Assembly (NCBI GenBank): GCA_046538485.1
Contig: JBKHIT010000060.1
Coordinates: 1-31,459, forward strand
Origin: Candidatus Brocadiia bacterium
GTDB lineage: Bacteria > Planctomycetota > Brocadiia > SM23-32
Length of the DNA: 31,459 bases
Direction: 5' to 3'
The position numbers and the translations under genes are program-made. A model generated the notes under the pieces. It was not told the origin of the DNA. It made no database searches and saw nothing but the letters and a program-made list of their open reading frames with translations. Numbering within the stretch: position 1 is the stretch's first letter; every line of letters starts with the position of its first letter. Positions 25,499-31,459 of this stretch are shown here, piece after piece.

Positions 25499-25948
25499 AT
25501 GCAGGAGCGGATTGAGACGGTTTTATCGCAGTTTGAGGGACATCGTAGCGAGATGATCCCGATGCTTCAGGAGGTGCAGGAGGAATTCGGGTACATCCCG
25601 GCGCCTGCCATGGAACGGATCGCCGACTTCATCAATATCCCCTCAAGCCGCGTCTACGGAGTCGCCACGTTTTACGCGCAGTTCTACCTGACACGCCAGG
25701 GCGAGCACAGGATTAAACTCTGCCAGGGAACAGCCTGCCATGTGCGGGGCGCAAAGAAGATCCTGGATACCCTCGAGGAGACACTCGGGATCGGGCCGGG
25801 AGAGACAACGGATGATTACAGGTTCAGCCTGGAGACCGTCGCGTGTTTCGGCTCGTGCGCGCTCGCTCCGGTGATGGTGGTTGATGGAAAAGTGCACGGA
25901 CGAATGACCCCGCAGAAAGCCGAAGAGATAGTGGAGGATCTGGCGTGA
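25499..25948 (+). CDS. NuoE/HydC-like [2Fe-2S] subunit of NAD-linked formate dehydrogenase
   Basis: IPMLQEVQEEFGYIP, VYGVATFYAQF, CQGTACHVRG, ACFGSCALAPV. ATG 25499 follows AAAGGA. Stop overlaps the next start (GTGA). Confidence 0.93.
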   Translation: MQERIETVLSQFEGHRSEMIPMLQEVQEEFGYIPAPAMERIADFINIPSSRVYGVATFYAQFYLTRQGEHRIKLCQGTACHVRGAKKILDTLEETLGIGPGETTDDYRFSLETVACFGSCALAPVMVVDGKVHGRMTPQKAEEIVEDLA

Positions 25949-27846
25949 CGTTTGAACAGATGCAGCAGCAGGCCCGCGAGAAGTGGGAAGGTCTCGAAAC
26001 AACGGATCAGATTCTTGTCCGCGTCGGCGCGGGAACATGTGGTCGGGCGGCCGGTGCGCTGGGAGTCTTGGATGCGGCACGCCGGGAACTCAAGGGTAAC
26101 GGCACCGATGGTATCGTGTCGTCCGTCGGTTGCATCGGACTGTGCTATGCCGAACCTCTTGTGGAATTATCCGCACCGGGTACGCCAACGGTTCTCTATG
26201 GAGACGTCCAGCCCGAAGATGTGGCGGGTCTGTTGGCGGGACATGTTGGCGCAGGAGAATTCGCCGCGGATAAAGCCGTCGCTGTGATGAACGGAAAATC
26301 GGTGGAGGATGTGCCGGTTTTTTCCGATCATCCCATGCAGAAAGGCCAGTTCCGGATTGTCCTGCGCAACTGCGGCATCATTGATCCGGAGAATATCGAC
26401 CACTACCTCGCCCGGGATGGTTACGCCGGTCTGAAAAAAGCGCTTTCGATGGATTCGGGCGACGTTGTCGAAGAAGTGAAGAAGTCCGGCCTGAGAGGAC
26501 GTGGCGGGGCGGGTTTCCCCACGGGCGTGAAATGGGGGTTTTGCCGGGATGCCGAAGGCGAGACCAAGTATTTGATCTGTAATGCCGACGAGGGTGACCC
26601 CGGTGCGTTCATGGATCGTGCTGTGCTTGAAAGTGATCCCCATAGCGTGATCGAGGGGATGGTAATTGCCGCCTACGCAATCGGCGCCGATCACGGATAC
26701 ATCTACGTCCGAGCCGAGTATCCCCTGGCCATCGCGCGGCTGGAGAAGGCCATTGCGGATGCCAACGAGCGAAATTTGCTGGGCGACGATATTCTTGGAT
26801 CGGGATTCGATTTCGAAATCCAGCTGAAGAAAGGGGCCGGGGCGTTTGTCTGCGGGGAAGAGACGGCTCTGCTGGCATCGATCGAGGGCCGACGTGGCAT
26901 GCCCCGCACCCGACCACCATTCCCGGCTCAGGAAGGGCTGTGGGGCCATCCGACGAATATCAACAACGTTGAGACACTCGCGAACGTCCCCCGGATCCTG
27001 CTGCGCGGGGCCGACTGGTTTGCGGAACGTGGAACGGAGAAAAGCCGCGGCACAAAAACCTTCGCCCTGGCCGGCAAAATCCAAAGGACCGGACTGATTG
27101 AAGTGCCCCTGGGCACGCCGTTGCGGGAGGTTGTGTTCGATATTGGCGGCGGAATTCCGGATGAAAAAGAGTTTAAAGCGGTTCAGACCGGTGGACCCTC
27201 CGGCGGATGTATCCCCGCATCTCTGCTTGATCTGCCGGTCGATTACGAGAAACTGACGGAAGCCGGTTCGATCATGGGGTCGGGGGGGATGGTGGTGATG
27301 GATGAAGATACCTGCATGGTGGATATCGCCCGGTATTTCGATGAATTCACCCAGAAAGAGTCGTGCGGAAAATGCGTGCCGTGCCGGCTGGGCACACGCC
27401 AGATGCTCAATATCCTGACCAGAATTTCTGAGGGGCAGGGGAAAGAGGGCGATGTGGAGTTGCTGGAACAGATCGCCCGCTCGGTGAAACTCGGATCTCT
27501 GTGCGGACTGGGCCAGACCGCGCCGAATCCCGTCCTGACCACAATCCGCTATTTCCGTGATGAGTATGAGACCCACGTTTTTGATAAAGAGTGTCCCGCC
27601 GGCGTGTGCAGCAATCTTCTGGGCTATGAAATCGATCCGGATGTCTGTATCTGCTGCGGCCGGTGCGCATCCGAATGCCCGGTCGATTGCATAACCGGAG
27701 AAAAAGGAAAACCACCTTCAAAAGCTACCGAAGAAGATCGTGCCGAGGGTAAAGTGGGCCATCCGTTTGTGATCGGGCAGGATGAATGCGTGAAATGCGG
27801 CACCTGTTTTGATGTCTGTCCCGTAGGAGCGGTTGAGAGGAAGTAA
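25945..27846 (+). CDS. NuoF/HydB-like FMN/NADH-binding subunit with N-terminal [2Fe-2S] and C-terminal 2x[4Fe-4S] domains
   Basis: SGLRGRGGAGFPTG, CNADEGDPGAFMDR, GAGAFVCGEETAL, QTGGPSGG, ESCGKCVPCR, CICCGRCASECP and CVKCGTCFDVCP. Confidence 0.95.
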   Translation: MTFEQMQQQAREKWEGLETTDQILVRVGAGTCGRAAGALGVLDAARRELKGNGTDGIVSSVGCIGLCYAEPLVELSAPGTPTVLYGDVQPEDVAGLLAGHVGAGEFAADKAVAVMNGKSVEDVPVFSDHPMQKGQFRIVLRNCGIIDPENIDHYLARDGYAGLKKALSMDSGDVVEEVKKSGLRGRGGAGFPTGVKWGFCRDAEGETKYLICNADEGDPGAFMDRAVLESDPHSVIEGMVIAAYAIGADHGYIYVRAEYPLAIARLEKAIADANERNLLGDDILGSGFDFEIQLKKGAGAFVCGEETALLASIEGRRGMPRTRPPFPAQEGLWGHPTNINNVETLANVPRILLRGADWFAERGTEKSRGTKTFALAGKIQRTGLIEVPLGTPLREVVFDIGGGIPDEKEFKAVQTGGPSGGCIPASLLDLPVDYEKLTEAGSIMGSGGMVVMDEDTCMVDIARYFDEFTQKESCGKCVPCRLGTRQMLNILTRISEGQGKEGDVELLEQIARSVKLGSLCGLGQTAPNPVLTTIRYFRDEYETHVFDKECPAGVCSNLLGYEIDPDVCICCGRCASECPVDCITGEKGKPPSKATEEDRAEGKVGHPFVIGQDECVKCGTCFDVCPVGAVERK

Positions 27847-30524
27847 TGACAGAAATGAACCTGACCATTGATGACGTGCAGGTAACGGTACCGGAAGGCA
27901 AAACTGTCCTTGAAGCAGCCGAGAAAGCCGGGATCTACATCCCGACTCTCTGCAATGACGAGGATCTTGCTCCGTACGGTGCCTGCCGGTTGTGTATCGT
28001 CGAAATCGAAGGTATGAAAGGTCTGCCCACCTCGTGCACCACCCGGGCGGCGGACGGGATGGTGGTCCATACCGATACCGAGCAGGTCAACGAAGTCAGA
28101 CGCACGATATGTCAGATGCTCATCGCCGATCATTCATCTGATTGCCTCACCTGTGCTTCCAACCAGGAATGCGAACTGCAGGAAGTGGCTCGCCACCTGG
28201 GCGTGACCGAACAGACGATGGATGCCACGGAACGGGAACGCGAGGTCGATGATAGCAATCCGTTCTTCGAGCGCGATATGTCCCGATGCATCCTGTGCCT
28301 CCGATGCGTGCGGGCCTGCCACGAAGTACGCGGTGTCGGCGCCATCGAGGTGGTCGGCCGGGGTTACGAAAGCAAAATCGGGACGTTCGACGACATGCCA
28401 CTCAGCGAGTCAGTCTGCGAATCGTGTGCGGAGTGCATCGCCCGGTGCCCCACGGGAGCCCTCTCGGTGAAATCCGAAACCATGCCGGCAACGCGCTGGG
28501 TATCAACGACGTGCCCGTATTGCGGGTGCGGCTGCGGATTGGATCTCGGCATTCGGGGTGACGAAATCGTGCAGGTCCGCGGCGAAGAATCGCACGTGGT
28601 CAACAAAGGAAGCGTCTGCGTTAAAGGGCGTTTCGGCCTCGATTTCGTCGGATCGCCCGACAGGTTGTCAAAACCGCTGATCCGCCGGAACGGCCAGCTG
28701 AAAGAAGCCGAGTGGGACGAAGCACTCGACCTGGTGGCGAACCGATTGAGCGAAATCAAAGACGAATACGGATCCGATGCACTCGCCGGATTGTCATCGG
28801 CAAAATGCACAAACGAAGAGAATTACGTCTTCCAGAAATTCGTGCGGGCCGCTTTCGGGACCAACAGCGTCGATCATTGCGCGCGTCTCTGCCATTCGTC
28901 AACCGTGGCAGGTCTCGCGCGGGCCTTCGGCAGCGGCGCGATGACGAATTCAATTGCGGAAATTGAAAACGCCGATTGCATTTTTGTCACCGGTTCCAAT
29001 ACCACCGAAGCCCACCCCATAATTGCCCTGCGGGTCAAGGATGCTGTGGAGAAACACGGCGCGAAACTGATCGTGGCCGATCCGCGTCGTATCGATCTGA
29101 CCCGTTTTGCCGATATCCATATGAGCCAGCAATCCGGGACCGATGTCGCTTTGTTCAATGCGATGATGCATGTGATCATCGAGGAAGGACTGGTCGACGA
29201 AGAGTATGTCGAAGAACGCACCCGGGACTGGGAAAAAGTCCGCGAGGCTGTGGCCGATTGCACGCCGGAATGGGCCGAACCAATCACAGGCGTTCCCGCC
29301 GACGATATCCGGGAAGCGGCCCGGATATACGGGAAAGCCGACCGCTCGTCGATCATCTACAGCATGGGGATCACCCAGCATACCACCGGAACCGATAACG
29401 TGCTGTCGCTCGCCAATATGGCGATGCTGACCGGCAACGTAGGACGCGAATCGACCGGTGTCAATCCTCTGAGAGGCCAGAACAACGTGCAGGGCGCGTG
29501 CGACCTGGGCGCGCTGCCCAATGTGTATCCCGGATACCAGAAAGTCGATGATCCGGAGATACATCAGAAGTTTGAGGATGCGTGGGGCACCAAACTCTCC
29601 ACGGAACCGGGTCTCACTGTCGTGGAAATTATGGAGGCCGCTTACGTGGATGACGTTCGGGGCCTGTATATCATGGGCGAGAATCCCATGTTGAGCGATC
29701 CGAACGTGAACCACGTGGAAGAAGCGCTGAAAAATCTGGACTTCCTGGTCGTCCAGGATATTTTCCTCTCCGAAACCGCGCAGCTTGCCGACGTCGTGCT
29801 TCCGGCGGCGTGTTTCGCGGAGAAGAACGGCAGCTACACGAATACCGAACGCCGGGTGCAACGCATTCGGAAGGCTATTGAACCGCCCGGCGAAGCGAGA
29901 GTGGATTACGATATCCTCTGCGACGTTTCAACCCGGATGGGATACGAAATGGGTTACGAAGGGGCGGGGGAGATCCTCGATGAAATCGCGGAATTAACGC
30001 CGATTTACGCCGGAATGAGTTTCGAACGCATCGACGATGTCGGGCTGCAATGGCCGTGCGAAAGCAAAGACGACCCGGGGACCATGTATCTGCACAAGGG
30101 CAACTTCCGTCAGGGATACGGCCAGTTCTACGGAGTGGATTTCCGGGAAGCCGACGAGCTTCCCGATGAGGAGTATCCGCTCATTCTGACGACGGGACGG
30201 CTCCTTGAGCATTTCCACACCGGCACGCTCTCGCGCCAGACGCCCGGTCTGGAGGAAATTGCCCCGCCAACCCCGGTGGAAATCCATCCCGAAGATGCGC
30301 AGAAGCTCGGACTTGAGGACGGCGAAGAGGTGGAGGTCAGCAGCCGACGCGGGACCGTGCGCTGTCACGCCGTCGTAACAAAAAAATCCCCGAAAGGCAC
30401 GGTTTTCATGCCTTTCCATTATCGAGAAGCTCCCGCGAACCGCCTGACCAACGACGCCCTGGACCCCATCGCGAAAATCCCCGAATACAAGGTCTGCGCG
30501 GTGCGTGTGGCAAAACCGGAGTGA
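27846..30524 (+). CDS. fdhF: Formate dehydrogenase alpha subunit (Mo/W-bis-PGD, Cys-type) with NuoG-like N-terminal Fe-S module
   Basis: N-terminal CxxC clusters, TCPYCGCGC, active-site DHCARLCHSSTVAGL (TGC at 28890-28892), PLRGQNNVQGACD, molybdopterin dinucleotide-binding C-terminus LTTGR...KIPEYKVCAV. TAATG coupling to the upstream gene. Confidence 0.95.
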   Translation: MTEMNLTIDDVQVTVPEGKTVLEAAEKAGIYIPTLCNDEDLAPYGACRLCIVEIEGMKGLPTSCTTRAADGMVVHTDTEQVNEVRRTICQMLIADHSSDCLTCASNQECELQEVARHLGVTEQTMDATEREREVDDSNPFFERDMSRCILCLRCVRACHEVRGVGAIEVVGRGYESKIGTFDDMPLSESVCESCAECIARCPTGALSVKSETMPATRWVSTTCPYCGCGCGLDLGIRGDEIVQVRGEESHVVNKGSVCVKGRFGLDFVGSPDRLSKPLIRRNGQLKEAEWDEALDLVANRLSEIKDEYGSDALAGLSSAKCTNEENYVFQKFVRAAFGTNSVDHCARLCHSSTVAGLARAFGSGAMTNSIAEIENADCIFVTGSNTTEAHPIIALRVKDAVEKHGAKLIVADPRRIDLTRFADIHMSQQSGTDVALFNAMMHVIIEEGLVDEEYVEERTRDWEKVREAVADCTPEWAEPITGVPADDIREAARIYGKADRSSIIYSMGITQHTTGTDNVLSLANMAMLTGNVGRESTGVNPLRGQNNVQGACDLGALPNVYPGYQKVDDPEIHQKFEDAWGTKLSTEPGLTVVEIMEAAYVDDVRGLYIMGENPMLSDPNVNHVEEALKNLDFLVVQDIFLSETAQLADVVLPAACFAEKNGSYTNTERRVQRIRKAIEPPGEARVDYDILCDVSTRMGYEMGYEGAGEILDEIAELTPIYAGMSFERIDDVGLQWPCESKDDPGTMYLHKGNFRQGYGQFYGVDFREADELPDEEYPLILTTGRLLEHFHTGTLSRQTPGLEEIAPPTPVEIHPEDAQKLGLEDGEEVEVSSRRGTVRCHAVVTKKSPKGTVFMPFHYREAPANRLTNDALDPIAKIPEYKVCAVRVAKPE

Positions 30525-30562
30525 GGGCCCGTTTGTTTGCTGCGAGACCTGTTGGTATATGT

Positions 30563-30606
30563 ACCGCGTTCTGAACTCCAGCCTCGGCTGAAGTCCAGTC
30601 TGCTCG
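30563..30606. repeat. Right member of the inverted pair flanking the fdh operon
   Basis: ACCGCGTTCTGAACTCCAGCCTCGGCTGAAGTCCAGTCTGCTCG, the inverse of 25184-25228. Confidence 0.9.
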
Positions 30607-30706
30607 TGGGGAAACGGAGACTCGAGTTCAGCTGAGTCCGCCATCGGCGCGCGAAACTGGACTTGAGGCGGGCCAATTTGGAAAATGGCAACTCGGACGA
30701 AACTGC

Positions 30707-30763
30707 CCGCGTTCTGAACTCCAGTCCCGCGTGAGCGGTTCTGAAGTCCAGTCCGCTCACGGG
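30707..30763. repeat. Third, rearranged copy of the CTGAACTCCAG/CTGAAGTCCAG repeat
   Basis: CCGCGTTCTGAACTCCAG...CTGAAGTCCAGTCCGCTCACG with a 9-bp stem CGTGAGCGG/CCGCTCACG. Confidence 0.85.
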
Positions 30764-30825
30764 TTACAATCTTCTTCACCCGCGGGGGTCGGAAACCCAA
30801 AAGGGAGAACGGTTCAAGGGCGCAT

Positions 30826-30849
30826 GTAGCACAGGCTCTCCAGCCTGTG
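30826..30849 (+). repeat. GTAG-type REP
   Basis: GTAG tetranucleotide immediately followed by perfect 8-bp stem CACAGGCT-CTCC-AGCCTGTG, the canonical REP layout. Confidence 0.7.
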
Positions 30850-30964
30850 GACCGGGTCGTCAGACCCGGAGTGGTTGTCGTTCGCTGCGAAACGGAATGT
30901 GCTCCACGCCGGACAATGGTAACAGCACCGTCTCGTGGATGAACCCCGCCGGCGCAGCCGGCTC

Positions 30965-30989
30965 TGGAGTGCGGCGATTCTTCGCCGCT
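30965..30989 (+). repeat. TGGAGTGCGG...CCGCT REP-like palindrome
   Basis: TGGAGT-GCGGCGA-TTCT-TCGCCGC-T. Same family as 25114-25158. Confidence 0.65.
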
Positions 30990-31004
30990 GTGCCGTTGTT
31001 TCTC

Positions 31005-31300
31005 GCCGTTTTGCCGTTCGTCTGTGTCGTTGCTGTCGCTGACCTCTGTCCGTTCCTGTCCTCTGTCCGTTTCTGCCGTGGGTAGTTCAATCCGCGCAGC
31101 GGATGACACTCTGCTCGCCACGGGTGTCAACCCGTGGGACCGGTGACGACAGAAACAAACCCGAACCCGCGCAGCGGGTGGCACCGGCCGTTGCCGTATC
31201 GCCGTTTTGTCGTAACGCCTTTGCCGTTGCTGTCGCTGACCTCTGACTTCTGACACGCTGACATCTGTCCGTTCCTCTGTCCATCTGCGGCCGTTACCTA
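31005..31300. repeat. Degenerate direct repeats / A-poor low-complexity tract flanking tri-hairpin copy 4
   Basis: Exact 21-mer CGTTGCTGTCGCTGACCTCTG at 31028-31048 and 31225-31245, TCTGTCCGTTCCT twice, many GCCGTT and CTCTG/TCTGAC units. Confidence 0.8.
31090..31183 (+). repeat. Tri-hairpin REP-like element, copy 4
   Basis: ATCCGC-GCA-GCGGAT (31090-31104), CCACGGGT-GTCA-ACCCGTGG (31118-31137), ACCCGC-GCA-GCGGGT (31165-31179). Confidence 0.7.
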
Positions 31301-31435
31301 CCACCGGTTTCATGCCGGTGGGGCGATGCCTCATGTGGGTGAGCATGAAGTACGGCCCCACTCACACAGTCGGTACCCTCTTAACGCTGGTGTTGCCGGT
31401 AAGACCGCGGAGCGGGCGTGGCAGAAGCGGGTAAA

Positions 31436-31456
31436 GGGCTGGGATTCTCCCAGCCC
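31436..31456. repeat. Perfect 9-bp hairpin at the window edge
   Basis: GGGCTGGGA-TTC-TCCCAGCCC. Confidence 0.6.
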
Positions 31457-31459
31457 CTC

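Noticed and set aside
24593..25500. Short ORFs between the flavin reductase gene and the fdh operon
   Set aside because: Made of repeat and hairpin sequence with no coding signature.
25499..27846. Respiratory complex I (nuoE/nuoF) assignment
   Set aside because: No membrane nuo genes. The subunits are translationally coupled to FdhF and carry HydB-type extra domains.
28890..28892. Selenocysteine recoding in FdhF
   Set aside because: The codon is TGC (Cys) and the ORF is uninterrupted.
26167..29861. 469-aa and 303-aa minus-strand ORFs
   Set aside because: Antisense shadows of the GC-rich fdh genes.
30563..31300. CRISPR array
   Set aside because: No constant-length repeats with regular unique spacers, and no cas genes.
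29994..31361. 455-aa minus-strand ORF
   Set aside because: Overlaps fdhF antisense and runs through repeat DNA whose A-poor plus strand suppresses minus-strand stops. Arg/Thr-rich with no domain motifs.

Overview
Bacterial chromosomal window with 17 supportable CDSs and no rRNA, tRNA, CRISPR array or transposase. Left to right: a DUF3604/PHP-like metallohydrolase and a heparinase II/III-like protein with HEAT repeats (+); a three-gene block of very acidic, apparently cytoplasmic interaction proteins (-), namely a small TPR protein, an 862-aa helical/coiled-coil protein and a 1690-aa Zn-ribbon + 5x GYF_2 + LRR protein; an RNA/ribosome quality-control run (-) of rqcH-like NFACT, nitroreductase, rph and an archaeal-type COG2521-like methyltransferase; a DRE-TIM aldolase-like gene divergent from a fuculokinase-like gene and argC; a URO-D-family gene; a flavin-reductase-family gene; and a three-gene NuoE/NuoF-like + Cys-type formate dehydrogenase with electron-bifurcation signatures. 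The large intergenic regions (1-890, 22490-22800, 24560-25300, 30525-31459) are mosaics of several palindromic REP-like families. These include a tri-hairpin element conserved in structure but not in sequence, and a 45-bp inverted repeat pair bracketing the fdh operon. The best candidates for something undescribed are the TPR/helical/GYF-LRR module and the structured repeat system. The repeat types and gene content suggest an anaerobic PVC/Planctomycetota-like host, possibly salt-adapted (inference only). All family assignments come from motif recognition by eye, not from database searches.
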